Part shown: positions 27,613-42,120 of the stretch, in pieces
How positions within the stretch are numbered: the first letter of the stretch is position 1
Layout of the letters: each line of letters starts with the position of its first letter
Made by a program: the position numbers and the translations under genes
Assembly: GCF_001194135.2 (NCBI RefSeq)
Contig: NC_069001.1
Coordinates: 28,721,345 to 28,785,344, forward strand
Source: Octopus bimaculoides
Lineage: Eukaryota
Length of the DNA: 64,000 bases
Reading direction: 5' to 3'
The notes under the pieces: model-generated
What the model saw: the letters and a program-made list of their open reading frames with translations, nothing else
The model's database searches: none
Told to the model about the DNA's origin: nothing

Positions 27613-27736
27613 ACACATGAAACGGTACAGAAAATCAGGGCAAGATAAATATTACGGGTGTGTGACCAAAATGTTATCACCACTACTGCATACCGACAAT
27701 GGTAAAGTGGCTACGCTCTAAATAAAGTTCACGTGC

Positions 27737-27798
<62 letters not shown>

Positions 27799-28563
27799 TA
27801 TACATCCATGTATGCATGTTCATGCATTTTGCATCTAGGTGACTTTTTGTGATGCTAAATGCAAGTCATAATTTTCTTTTCCAGAAAAGAGTTATCTTCA
27901 AAGCATACTGTAGCGTAAAAGATTTTAATTGTACGCAACACATACCGTCCTATGTCGCTATTCAGAGAGATGCTCAGACCTTTCTTTTACAGTTGTATTC
28001 ACGCCATTGGTTAGATTAGGGCACATTATTTTCGTGTTTATTCATTGATTTATGGAGAGTGAAAAATAGCGGTGTTAGGAGTTGTAAATGCTCACAAGTA
28101 CACATAGGCACACACACACATGTGTATGCATGAGTACTGTATGTGCATGTGAATATGTGTAAGTGTGTGCGTATGTATATTTGTGTTTCTGTATGAGTGT
28201 ATGTACGTGTGCGTGCATAAGTGTTCTTGCAGAAAATTGATTGAACAATAATATACCCATAAACTTGTTTGAATTATGCGTCAGCTGCTGACATACCCCT
28301 TGCCAAACTGGTGCCTAATGTTATGTAAGATACAAATATATGTGCGCTGCGGTTTTACGAAGCCTACGCTTGAAAGAAAACTATAACGGCGATAATGATA
28401 AAACCGTTATGAGAGAGAAGACAATATAGCAGAGAAAGAAATATCATTGAGGGGAAAACTAATAGAAAATATGATGTAGGAGGTAGAACATAAATGCATG
28501 ATATTAAATGGAGGAAAGACAATTTTTCAATTACTAGAAATGTTGCTCTTTCTCTCTCACTCT

Positions 28564-28651
<88 letters not shown>

Positions 28652-30270
28652 TTTTGGATACATACATACACACACACACATGTATGTATGTATGTATGCA
28701 TATATCTACAGATCGCAGTGTTATGTGAAAAAAGAAAACACAAGCGTATAAGAATATGCACATACATATGTATATGCATGTACGTTTGAGTGTGCGCACG
28801 CGCGTGTGTGTGTATGAATGTATGTATATATATTTATGTATGTATGTATATTTCCACAAATCGTAGTGCTATATGAAAAAGACAAGCGTATACAAATATA
28901 CACACATGTGAGTTTGTGCATACATACATATACATAATACCATTTGTGATTCCTCACTTAATATGAACCATAATTACGAGAGAAGACTTTGTGAGGCAGA
29001 TGAGAAGATATGGAGAGTTACAGAGGGAGCTAGAGAAAGAGAGCGGGTGAGATAATATGAGCAAGTGAAAGAAAGGAAGAGAAAGAGAGAGAGAGGTTAT
29101 ATATGTGTGAAAAAAACAATAGAATACGTTTATGCATTTTAGGGCGCTGCATATACAAAATATGAGTTATATAAAGTTACGTGAACAGAAAAACACAAGT
29201 TCAATTTTGAGATGCGTTACTCAGTGATGGGCTATCCGTTGTCTTTAATCGAAACTCAACAGGTGTTGTTAATTAGTTTATAGAGTGACATTAAGGCTGT
29301 TTTCTATTAACACTTTATCCTTCTACTGTTCTTCCAAGAATAGAATATCTCACTTAACATAAAAGATCCCATTCGCCACTTATCGAGAATCTACCAGCAA
29401 GGACATTGAAAAACATATATTTTGCAAAGTACGTTATATGACACAAATCCAAAACGGCAAATGTATATGTGTTTATATACATACATACATACATACATTG
29501 TTTCTCTCGACACTTTTTTTTTTTTGTTCTCTCCATTTTTTTTTCCTGTCAACCCTTTTTGGCGAAGGAGTATAGGATCGAACCGTTAATGACTTTCACA
29601 CTCTTCCCGGGCGTCAATCTGCTTGTTGTCCCTTGCCCATATTTGTTTTTCGTTTTCTGTAAATTATATATAATACATGAATGTGAGTGATGCAGCAACA
29701 CGTGTCATGGCTGATGGCTGGCAAAATTATCTCAACACTTCGGATACAACGAATTTACTTTCCAACATCAGTATTTAGCATCAGTACTTTCGCGAATCTG
29801 CTATTTACTATAACAAGCACTGATTAGTGAGATCATCATAAGTAAATAAAACAAAAAAAAAAAAGAAAGAAATTGATTGTCAGCACTTGTCGAAGGCTGG
29901 TAGAGTGTCAACGTTTACTGCAAAAGGGGCAAAAGCTTTTCATAATATTGCAAAACACAAAATTTGAAGTAGGAATCATTTATTAAGGCGCAGCGAAACA
30001 TATGTGTATCTACGTGGTTGGGAGGACTGTGATGTATATAACGGAATGACTGAGCGATGTTTTAGTTTTATTAACTGAAATTATCTGCATAGAGGCACAT
30101 ATATAAAAAAAAAAGCTTTTCCTGCACATGCAATGACACATGTATATCGAATTTATTTATCTATGTAGATAGCTAGCTGGATATTTATCTTTCTCTCTGT
30201 ATTGCTCTTTGTCTATTTATGCATATATGTCTGTCTGTCTGTATCTATCTATCTATGTATCCATCTATCA

Positions 30271-30341
<71 letters not shown>

Positions 30342-30374
30342 TATATATTTACATGTATGTATGTATGTATGCCT

Positions 30375-30560
30375 GTACATGTTTGTGTGTCTGTGTTTGT
30401 CCTCCCAACATCGCTTGACAACCGATTCTGGTGTGTTTACTTCCCCGATAGAATAAGTATCAGGCTTACAAAATCAAGTCCAGGGGTCGATTCTCTCGAC
30501 TAAAGGCGGTGCTCCAGCATGGCCACGGTCAGATGACTGAAACTAGTAAAAGAGAAAGAG
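30375..30560 (+). mobile_element. SINE family B, 3' half only
   Basis: tgtttgtcctcccaacatcgcttgacaaccga...ccagcatggccacggtcagatgactgaaac. Confidence 0.8.
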
Positions 30561-31107
30561 TATACACATTTATATGTATTTATGTACGTGTATATATGTT
30601 GGAGTGGGTAGATATAAATGTGTGTGTGTATGTGCATGTATGTGTATATATGTATGTGTATATTTCATAAATGTATATTTATCTATAAATGCCTTTCAAA
30701 ATATACACAGAGTGGTTCAAAGAAAATTCGTGAGAGTATAAAAGGACCTGAGAAGAAAAACACTTATTTTTATGTATTTAAATATATGATGTTAGGGAAA
30801 GAACTGCATTATGAAATGTATAGTATGTATACATACCGATGAAGTTAACAATCTCATTTACATTAATGAATATGCAATGCATAATGTAGAGTAGATAAAT
30901 ATGTAAATTATGTTATACGATTTATTTTGCTGTAATATTAAATGCAAAATCAACGTCGATATTAAGTGCAAAATTGGATAATGTTATCTTCCAAACTATG
31001 ATTTTGATAGTTAAGAGTCTCTAACTCATAAAACTTATATAAAATACATATGGATGTGAGTGTCTATTCTTCATACATGAACAGAGATATACATATGCAC
31101 ACACACA

Positions 31108-31161
<54 letters not shown>

Positions 31162-31738
31162 NNNNNNNNNNNNNNNNNNNNNNNNNNNNNNNNNNNNNNN
31201 NNNNNNNNNNNNNNNNNNNNNNNNNNNNNNNNNNNNNNNNNNNNNNNNNNNNNNNNNNNNNNNNNNNNNNNNNNNNNNNNNNNNNNNNNNNNNNNNNNNN
31301 NNNNNNNNNNNNNNNNNNNNNNNNNNNNNNNNNNNNNNNNNNNNNNNNNNNNNNNNNNNNNNNNNNNNNNNNNNNNNNNNNNNNNNNNNNNNNNNNNNNN
31401 NNNNNNNNNNNNNNNNNNNNNNNNNNNNNNNNNNNNNNNNNNNNNNNNNNNNNNNNNNNNNNNNNNNNNNNNNNNNNNNNNNNNNNNNNNNNNNNNNNNN
31501 NNNNNNNNNNNNNNNNNNNNNNNNNNNNNNNNNNNNNNNNNNNNNNNNNNNNNNNNNNNNNNNNNNNNNNNNNNNNNNNNNNNNNNNNNNNNNNNNNNNN
31601 NNNNNNNNNNNNNNNNNNNNNNNNNNNNNNNNNNNNNNNNNNNNNNNNNNNNNNNNNNNNNNNNNNNNNNNNNNNNNNNNNNNNNNNNNNNNNNNNNNNN
31701 NNNNNNNNNNNNNNNNNNNNNNNNNNNNNNNNNNNNNN
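31162..31738. other. Largest assembly gap. Other gaps: 2691-2709, 7771-7870, 47099-47289, 51356-51365, 57506-57780, 58901-58999, about 62525-62674, 63540-63735
   Basis: Runs of N, nearly all bordered by (AT)n or (AC)n microsatellites. Confidence 0.98.
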
Positions 31739-31779
<41 letters not shown>

Positions 31780-32029
31780 TTAGGGGAAATAACCAATGTT
31801 CAAGAACTCATCGATGAAAATCCACTATCACATATAGAAAAATTAATAATTAAAAGCACAATAAATGAGTATAATATAAAGTAAAGTAAATATCATAAGA
31901 TAAATATAATAAATATAATATAATATATACAGAGAGAGAGAGAGGGGGATAGATAGATACGAGTGTGACGACAAACAAAACAAGGACACTCAGCCAATTT
32001 ATTAGGAATTATATGTATGGATCAAACCA

Positions 32030-32176
32030 GTTTGATTCAAATTCGTTGGTACTCTCGAGGTGCAAGCTTGATGCTGCTCGTCAGCTATTTTGAATTTTAA
32101 TTTGATTCAAATTCAAAATGGCTGACGTCAAGCATCACACTTGAAACTCATGAGTATCAACGAATTTCAGTCAAAC
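32030..32176. repeat. Imperfect 68-bp inverted repeat (old MITE-like foldback)
   Basis: 32030-32097 versus the reverse complement of 32109-32176: 55/68 identical and ungapped; 11-nt loop. Confidence 0.85.
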
Positions 32177-33618
32177 TCTTTTGATACATACATGCATGCA
32201 TGCATACATACATACATACATATATATACACCAACATACACGCATATAAATGGAGTCAAAGAAAGATAGAGACGGATAATGTTGGAAATTGCAAGAACTT
32301 ACACAAAGGACAGTGTGTGCTATGTTTCAAGCTTTATATTTCATGTAATATAGTTATTTCCTGTCTTGTATTTACTCACTTGTATATTTTCGTGTTGTTT
32401 AATATTCTCAATATGGTTGCCGTGCGGTGTAGCTGTCGTAATTCATTGCCGTTGTAGTTGCTACTCTTGTTGTCGATGTCGTCTTCATCATTATTGCTTA
32501 GATCATAATTCATTGTTGATCGATCGGGTGTATTTATCATATACTTTCAATCCGTTTTTAACGCATTTCATCTCAAAATATGTCGCATCTTAAACTTCCT
32601 GAAGAAATGAAACCGTCTACATTTTGAGGTGTGATTTGGAATAAAATTGACTGTTCTTTCTAGCAGACGATGCACTGGGATAGAGGTTCCCCTCAGCGAC
32701 ACGTTTCGTAATATTATGTGAACGTTGTAATATGGCTATTATTTTGCCTGTCACTTCGATTGCTATATATAGTGTATTATCATTCATAAACATCTTCGGG
32801 GTGATACAAGCAAGCTTTCAATATTTTAATGGTGTTTTCTGTGATAAGTCAGTGGATTCACTTTACATGTCATTGCTAACTTCAATATATCAAATTACCG
32901 AGATTCATCTATTATCAAACTTTCCTCTGTTAGCTAATTATCTTATTTTATGGTGATTATGATTGATGTCCATTCGTTAACAACACGTATCCTACCGGAG
33001 GCAAATCTAGTGAATACATCAACATTTATTACAATTTAATCATACGAAAGTTTTGCTTGTGCATGTGCAATAAGTGTCCAAATTACATGAGCTTTGACTG
33101 GAGAAGCTTAAGTGATTAACAACATCGCTAACATTATTTAACTGAACGAAGAAAAGAAGTTGAAAGCTAATCTTTTCATAGTCCACCAGATCCAAATCGA
33201 TCGGATCTTAATTTCTTTTATAGCATGTCATGATATCACCTTTATCTTTATTCTGAAGAAAAATCACTGTACTTTCTACTGTTTACAATTATCCCTGTTA
33301 GTGTAGACTCTGAAAAACTCCGTAAAAGTATAGCACTCCAAAAAATCTTACAAAAGCGCGAATGAACTCCATCACACATTTATTTCTTACATCATTCCGT
33401 CACCTTATTTGTATCAACCTTCAACAGTTTTAGAAAAGGTTCATCATTGGTGTCATGTTACTAACCAACATATAGCTCTGGACAAATTAAAACCTATTCA
33501 CATCACTACATAGAACAGTCATATATATATATCATGATCCTTGCACTGAAGACACATTGCGGATTGAATATAAATTACTCTCTCCCTCTCTCCCTCTCTC
33601 TCTTTCTCTCTCTCTCTA

Positions 33619-33660
<42 letters not shown>

Positions 33661-35582
33661 CAATTTCTGCTCCGCTGCCTGGTACTTATTCACGAACAGA
33701 ATACCGAATAACTTATTCAGAAACAACCAAATATGCTGACGGTCATACTACGTATATCTTTGCAAACACTATACTGTGTACACGAATACATACAGAATTT
33801 GTATTTTTCTGAATAGTGTATCATGAGATTTCGTAATTTCATCCACTCATCAAAGGAAATATATTGACATCTGTAGATGAAATCACGTCAAATTCATATA
33901 TTACACTCTTCAGACTCCGCTGCAAAACTAACTCAATATTCTACTTACAAGATAGAAACCTGATTTGCAAATAATGAACTTAAGTTTCCACGCCTTACCA
34001 TTTACATCTCCTGTTTTTCCAGTTAGAGAAATTAACTGCAAGTCCAATCAGCCGTTGCACCCTAAACATACAAATACCATGGACAGACGCAGAGAGAGAA
34101 CGAGCGAAAGAAACAAATGCGCAGATAGTTTGCCATGGAATACCTATACAACATTTATAACATACAAAGAAGGCATATTTGAAGAAAATATTAAAATACT
34201 GACACATACTTACTTCAAGAACACTCATATATCTCGTTTAGATGCAGAAAAAAAAAACCATTCTATACAGATAATATAATATATTTATCAATGAATTTGC
34301 TAACACGTCACAAATCCCTAATCTCTCACTAACTAACTGCACTAAACTGCATTGTACCCAAAACATTACATTACGAATCATCACAGTTTGTACATGGATC
34401 GCAGACATGTAGGAAGATTACGGAACCAGATTAACAAACTAAAAATAAAATCACTGCCTAAATCTGTAGGGAACAACATTTGGTGCTCTTCAAATATAAT
34501 TTCTTCATGAAATTCACCTCTCAATACTGAGACACACATACAACTCCACACTAACGCAGAGAATATCTGAAAGCGCTACATCCACTTAAACAAGGTAAAC
34601 ATAGATCAAAAACACATAGAGGTGTCTGTTTGGATGTTGCTCCATTCTTCCAAACACTTTATGGCGGAATACGCAGTATGAAAATATAAATAGTAACTGC
34701 CAAGTACTGACAGAGTCCATTTTGTATGAATCTGCTGTGCTCAATACGAAATTATGAACAGTGAATAAAGGGAACGCAATGCCATGCCTAAGATTCGTAT
34801 CGTGAGGTTGTGAGTTCGAATCCCGGACCGGGAGTGTGTAGCCTAGTGCTAGAGATACGCAGGGGTATGTTGGATATATTAAACCATCATAGATCTTGTC
34901 TTGAGCTACGGCCGCCTACCAGCTAATATTTCTGTTCTATCAGAGCAATATATGATCATACAAACGAAACATTGGAATAGTTAACGTATATTTTGTCAAC
35001 TTACTTTTTCAGAATGTTACAATTATGGTCATTATATGTCGTGGTTGTCATGAACATAATGTCACCAGAGAATGCGTATCTCCGATAAATTATCGCCTCT
35101 TTCATCAACTCTGCCATTCCTGTTCAGAATGATATATTCAACTAAAGGTTTCACTGTTCATGATTAATATATAATACGAACGGAAGTAAGAGATAAAGTG
35201 AAACATCGTTATTATCATTACAATATATAACTTTAGATTGTCTGGAAATCCTTCATATATTTCCAGTTCGTACATAAGCATTATACAATGAGAGCGATCT
35301 TATATCGACAGCTATAACTGGGCATATAAACTCCGAGATGGAATAACAATATACGTTACAAAAATCCAAGATAAAAATAATAGCTGATATTTAGTGTTCG
35401 GAGTACGTATTTCTTTATTAAAAAAAAGAACGAATACAACCTACATAATATGGTTTTATCAGATAAATTGTTAAATAGAAATTAAATGGTCTATAAAAAA
35501 GAAAAAGAAAAAAATAGAAACGGTAGTCTAACTAATCTGCATTTAGATATTTCATAAATCCATACAAGTATTATTCATCTAC

Positions 35583-35620
<38 letters not shown>

Positions 35621-36154
35621 GAGAGAAAGCAGAGAAAGAACAAGGGAGAATGAGAGGAGTGGGGGCAGACAAAGAATGAGACAGATAGTTAGACAGAGAG
35701 AGCATTATAAAGGCGCAATTATATTTAAAATGATTTGAATATCTCCAACAATACACCATGTAACAGCTTAGCTCTCTGTGGTGGGGAGATACCATCATTG
35801 AAATGGTTAGATTTTAGATTATAAAAGTGTCATTATTTTGTTGAACTGCTGAAAGCCTGACTTTTATGTTATATCTATGTTATTTGAGATAACAAAAGCA
35901 GTGATTTTATTTGCTTAAACGTATGAGAGATCTACGCCTTTCTAATGTACTTTCGAATCATCACATTCTTAACCGTTGCTATTATATAACCATTCCTTTA
36001 CGTTATATTTATTTATTTTTCATAATGTAATTCTAATCGTGATGTTCAGTAAAATATATTTACATATATAATATAAGGTTCAATAATTTCATTGTAATGA
36101 CGTTTATTAACTTACTTGTATTTGTTAAAACCTCATTTATTAATTGTGCATGTA

Positions 36155-36217
<63 letters not shown>

Positions 36218-37904
36218 CATGAACTGCATAATCTATTTCGTATTTATCATTTAAATTGCATTATATATAAATTATTCCACCTATAAACACTCATACACAT
36301 CGACATATGCATATATACATTGAAGACAGAAATAGAGAGATAGAGAGGTATACAGTGAAAGAGAATGTGTGAGAAAGTGAGAGGGGTATCCCGTATTCGT
36401 AGTACTATATTCAAAGATTATACAACTAATGAAATTTCTGCATCAAGAAGTTTACGATGTTCTAAGAGGCCTATCCAACAATTTCTGCTGATAGAGGTAT
36501 GACTAAACTCTATGCACCTTGTGCCTGAGGAAAGGTACGTTTCAATACATCAGCAGCAGATCTGCAAAGTCATGTGCTGTCATTGATGATGGAGTTATTA
36601 CCATGTCCTGAATGCTTAAAGCAGGCTATTCACATTTGAAACAACCATTACGAGTGTCTCCGCTGTTTCAATGTGAGCGTGAAGTCGATGCCAGCTTCTC
36701 TCTGAGCCTACTGGCTTCTCCTCTCTGAGCCTACTGCCGACTAGTACAAATCTAGTACCTGAAAGTCGGCTTGCGGAAGCTGCTGAAGATCACAGAAACG
36801 GTAATTTCTCATCGCTAATTGTAGTGATTTACCCGTCGAGTGGTTCATGTAGAAGTCTCCGTTCCAAGGAAGGAATGTACTGAAGAATACATGAGACGAC
36901 AGTGCTCAAATATGTAGAGCTGGTGGAAATATATCGAAACAAAGTGTGCCAAACATAGTTTTCCTCGAATGCGGTGGAATGCATGCAATTTACAGGTCAA
37001 TTCACTTTTCAGAGCATACGTTATGCTGGACATAAAACAGATCAGTATGTGATATACCATGAATTGATTCCGAAAGCAGGAAAGTTTACCTTGATGTTGT
37101 TGTGGATTAGAATGCATTATCCATTGGAAGATCAGTTCTATCTGGAGTAGCTCGAACAGGAAACAATTTGGGATTAGATCAACGCTTGTTGGAACGTGTG
37201 GGGACGATTGTCTAATTATAAAAAAAACCCAAAGTATTATAACGACCCCTCACCCCACCCCAGGAAGCATTGCTTATGATATAAGCTAGCTGTATCGCAG
37301 AAAGATTCATGAAAACACCCCCCCACACACACACACACACATATAGAGAGAGAGTGAGAGAGAGGAAATCTAAGTAGTATACTTCTTTTGACATATATGA
37401 ATAGGTGAGTACAATGAGTGCTTAGATCGGTTTACGACTAAGTCCCCGTCTTGAAGTGTAAAGGGAATTCTTCAATTAAGGATATCTGTTTCTATATCAC
37501 TATACTTCGTCTCTTTAATGACGAAATACTTGGATTATGTGAATTCGTTACACATTAACATGATCTACTTGCTTAGGTATTCCAGGAACCCCTATTAGAG
37601 ACTTTACTCACTTATCATGAGAGTTCTGTGCTTAGTTTATATTTATTCTTACTTTTTACTGTAAATATTCTCCAGTGACACCAAATGTTTTGCTTGTCCA
37701 TCTCCCATTTTTTTACTTATCTATCTGTCCGTCCGCCCGCTCATCTGTCTATCTGTCTGTCTATCTATCTGCCCATCAGTGTATACACCTATCTGTTTAT
37801 CTATATATATATAAATTACATAACGAGGCTAGAAATTGATATTAATCAATTAAAATTAATAGCTTAGTATATTTAAAAATTCTGAAGATTAAAAATTATA
37901 TTAC

Positions 37905-38009
37905 ATACAAAATTAAGAGGAATGACCACCAAGGTGGACTCCTAATATGACGTCTATCTTTAGCATATTAGGTGTGCACCTTTGGTGGTCATTCCTCTTA
38001 ATTTTGTAT
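37905..38009. repeat. Long hairpin / MITE-like inverted repeat
   Basis: Arms of about 46 bp (atacaaaattaagaggaatgaccacc...cctaatatg and its reverse complement) with 2 mismatches and 1 indel; 14-nt spacer. Confidence 0.9.
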
Positions 38010-38689
38010 TTATGTATGTACGTATGTATCTATCTATCTATCTATCTATCTATATACACACATGCGTGTATGTGTATATGTATGCGGTAATATATATTTA
38101 CTCAGACAGGCACAGAATTAATTGTTGCACTTGAAACACAACGTATTTGCTTCTGATATTAGTTCTGTTGATAGATTTGATTCTACAAATTCCACAGGCC
38201 ATACTAAAGTCAATACATTTCGTTATATTGCCTCTCTTACGACTGTATATAGAAATTACTCACTAGCTGTATCGACCATATTCGATGTTCTTTCGCATGA
38301 ATGTAAATGGAAAATCATCAAGATAGGAAAGAAGTTCTTTCAACTTTAAATTCAAGCCTTGATGTAGAAGCTTTTCTGTAATTTCTGCTAGCATAATATG
38401 TTCTATCGTCAGTAACGATATATGATGTATGTGAGTGTGTAACAATATCACAGTACCAAATATAACCGAATGACAATAAGCCAATAAGCAGTGTAACAAA
38501 TGCTGGTTATTTGGTTATTTTAATACAACCGTTCGCACAATAACAATCCAATACTCCAACGCAGAATCAATAAGAGGATAACGCTCTGACCGTTCGACCT
38601 CAGCTCACTACTGGCTCATCAATTATATATGTGGGAGTGTTAGTGTGTCTATCTATCTATCTGCCTATCTATCTGTCTGTCTATCTGCC

Positions 38690-40100
38690 CAAGTGCCATG
38701 CTTTTCTATCCTATATAGTTATGTCCACAATCTGAACAAGTTATTACATAAATTAAATTCTCGGATGCACAAGTGAAGTTGGTCATAATTGTCAATCTCT
38801 TCCCTGGTTTGAATTGGAATTCACAACCTTCCAGTAGGTTAGAGCAAATTCCTCAGATTGGACGTCCGTATTTTTTAGCCTTTGGTTTCGTGGCTGTTCT
38901 GTAATGCTTAGCATTTGTCAGAAGTTTTTTCAGCAAGTCTTTACATTGATGAATGTGTCTTCAGAATGTTGTTCATTTTTGGATTCCTACTGAGCATTGG
39001 TAGATTTTGTAGAATAGTACTGTATACCTCATTGATTTTAGGGTTATTAGTTCAGATATACAGTACTATTTTGAAATGAGGTGTGGTGTTTCGTCTTGTT
39101 TCCCTTTAGTGTTTTAATGCCTGCTTTCTTAGCACGTTTAATTCCATCATCTATAAATGAAGGTGGATAGTGTCTCTCACTTAGTGTTGTTCTGAGGTCT
39201 TGAAGACGGAGGTCCCGATTATATCTATAAGACACTGTTGTGCAAATACTTTTGGCTAAATTAAATAGAATATTTCTTTTGATGTGTTTTGGGTGGCATG
39301 ACCTAAACAAAAGATATTGCTTCGAGTCCGTTGGTTTATGATTAAAGACAGTTACAATTTGGGTGTTGACTGTTTATTTTTATAAGAATATCAAAGAAAG
39401 GGAGCTGTTCGTTGCTGTATTTCATTGTAAACTCAACATTAGGGTTTATAGTATAGAGCATTGATTTAAATTCCAAATGCTTATTAATGGTCTCATTCCA
39501 AATGATAAAGCAGTCATCCATATATCTTTTATAGTTCTTTCTTATACAATAGTGAAATGGATATCCATATTTTTTTTCCAATGACACTTCATATATAGTG
39601 AAATCAAAATATTCCAATATTAAGTTCCCAGAACAGGGCCTACGTTTGTTCCCATCGCAATTGCACATCTTTGGCGATAGTAGCTGTCATCAAATAGGAA
39701 ATGATTGTTTTGAAGTATAAATTTTAAAGTTTCAATAATAAAAACCTAGCTTATACATTCCGGAAATTCTTCGGGGTTGTTTTCCAGCAAGAATTTTATT
39801 GCTTTTATTCCATAGTCGTGTTGAATATTGGTGTAAAGATTAATAACATCCAAGGAAGTCAATAACGTATCTCTTTATTAGTTGTCTTTGGTAGGTGCTT
39901 AAGCATATCTAGATCGTCTCTAAGGAAACAGGAAACGTTTGATGTAGTTCAGCAAGGATTTCAGTAGGATGTATAGAAAATTGCTTAGGCGTCGGGTTTC
40001 ACAGGCTGGGCCAACTATAATAGATTTTAAATTTAAATCTTCTGGCGCTGAGATATTTATTCATTTTCCTGGTGATTGATTGCAAGCTTCATTAATTATC
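38690..40100 (-). mobile_element. Decayed Penelope-like retroelement (reverse transcriptase plus GIY-YIG endonuclease)
   Basis: Minus-strand translation across frameshifts and stops gives DLNLKSIIVGPACETRRLSNFL, SLDVINLYTNI, AMGT, RYMDDCFIIW (YMDD at 39513-39524), FRSCHPKHIKRNI, and NFTCASENLIYVITCSDCGHNYIG* (about 38709-38780). This RT then GIY-YIG order is diagnostic of Penelope-like elements. Truncated at a microsatellite. Confidence 0.92.
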
Positions 40101-40109
40101 TTGACAAGC

Positions 40110-40245
40110 GTGTTTCGGTTTCCGTCTACCAAATCCACTCACAAAGCTTTGATCGGTCCGAGGCTTTAATAGCAGACACTTGCCACGCAGCGGGACTGAA
40201 CCCAGAACCATGTGGTTAGTTAGCAAGCTTCTTACCACACAGCCT
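40110..40245 (-). mobile_element. SINE family B, 5' half, abutting the Penelope-like element
   Basis: gtttccgtctaccaaatccactcacaaagctt...gggactgaacccagaaccatgtgg...taccacacagcc. Confidence 0.8.
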
Positions 40246-40569
40246 ATATGTTTATAAAGCATGTAGCTTTGTCGTTATTAAATTTATATTGCATTTAAAT
40301 ACATTTGATTGTATTGAAGTAATGATGAAAATGGATTTGTTGTTTCATATGGTGAACTTAAAATTTAGGATACGTACTGTTTTAATTCTAACTTCAAATT
40401 TTTCCGAGAACAGCTTCTCGTCTTGTTTCGTGCAAACCTTTAGTGCTATTTATGAATTGGGATGTTTTGTATGCTAGTACTCATTATCTAAAATGCCATA
40501 CTTGTAGTCATAATACCTGCGGCTTTGCAAGCAGTTAAAAGAATAAGGAATAATAATAAAAAAAAAAAC

Positions 40570-40728
40570 ATGCTGAAAGAACCACAAAAAATATCCACTA
40601 ATATTCTATTTATAAAATATGACGTTATTGTAACACTTTTTATTCTGTTTGGTCTTTCATCTGAAATGATTTTCAGCGTTGTTAAATGCAATATTTTCTA
40701 TAAGCACCATTGCAAAGTCAAACTTCAC
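40570..40728 (+). CDS. Candidate first coding exon (signal-peptide-like) of the iGluR gene
   Basis: ATG at 40570; MLKEPQKISTNILFIKYDVIVTLFILFGLSSEMIFSVVKCNIFYKHHCKVKLH has a hydrophobic stretch and ends at a good donor (cac|gtaagc, phase 0). No bridging exon to 48336 was found, so this is tentative. Confidence 0.25.
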
Positions 40729-41707
40729 GTAAGCCATCTACCACCACTCGTACCCTTGCAGGCTCCTGTTATTTAGAATTATGGAAATGTAGGTGAAGGT
40801 TATGCCAGTGCTGCTTTCTTGGTCGATATTCGACAATCCGTTAGCACCCTGCATTGCTATTTAATACCGGCATGAAAAGCAAACAAACAAAAACAGAAGA
40901 GAAGACAGAAGAAAAAAAAAAGCTAAATGCTAATAAACATGAAAAACGAGTAAAATAAAACAGCAACAGGGCGACATTCTTGTAAAAGAAAATTAAAGAA
41001 AATCAAACTGCTGAACGTTTGTCATCCAGATTAAACATTAAGAATTAATTCAAAATCATAGAATAAGAAAAGACGCACAGAGAATTTCATTCTAGTTTAA
41101 CTTTTTATCGAAATTTCTCACTTTGTTCTTATTTTCTTTAAAATATTTATCACCGTAAGAATCTCAGCATGATTCGTGAGTATCGAATCGGGGAGGAAAT
41201 CGATATATTGATCCTAATAGATGCAAGAGCGAGAAGAATCATTCAACATACAGGAACGGAGACAAAATTTTCAAGAAACATTCGTACGCACACGTACAGT
41301 GAGTGAGAGAGAGAGAGAGAGAACGTGGATATAAAGACAGAGATAAAAAGGGAGATGAAGACAGAGAGAGAGACAGACAGACAGACGGAGAGGGAGGGTG
41401 GGGAGAGACATGCATAAAGTCTGACATTTTCATCAGTTGCAACCACATGCACATCATATATACTCACAAATGTGCAGGTAACATATGTGTGTGTGTTTGT
41501 ATGAGTTTTTTTTATATATATACATATATGTACATATATATATGCATTTATATATACACACATGTATATATACATACGTATATATCCTTATGCTCCTTAT
41601 GCTATGTGGACATTTATTGTGGTTTTAGAGTCAGGATTTGACTATTTTTCAGCGTGGCGGTATCTCTTAGATACCCTGTATTATAATTTTAAATAATTTA
41701 CGTATAT

Positions 41708-41770
<63 letters not shown>

Positions 41771-41797
41771 TATATGTATATATGATATATGTGTTTA

Positions 41798-41864
<67 letters not shown>

Positions 41865-41865
<1 letters not shown>

Positions 41866-42120
41866 TATGCACATGGCCTAGTGGTTCAAGTATTGCACTC
41901 ATGGTCGTGATATCGTCGCCTCGATCCCCAGACGTGCGTTGTGTTCGTGAGGGGAAACACTTTATTTCAAGTTGCCCTACCCTTCGATTCCTTTTATCAT
42001 GTGACACGTTGCACACTTGCACAGGCAATGTCGATGTAACAGAAAGAGTAGTCTTATTGGAAAGCGAACATTAGATCCCTATAATCAAATCATGTGGGCT
42101 GTTTAACAGATGATCTATGG
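41865..42120 (+). mobile_element. SINE family C-related copy, degraded
   Basis: ggcctagtggtt (A box), tcgatcccc (B box), gtgttcgtgagggg aaacactttatttcaagttgc core. Confidence 0.6.

Noticed and set aside
30700-30790. Possible Tc1/mariner TIR (cacagagtggttcaaag)
   Set aside because: No matching inverted partner found.
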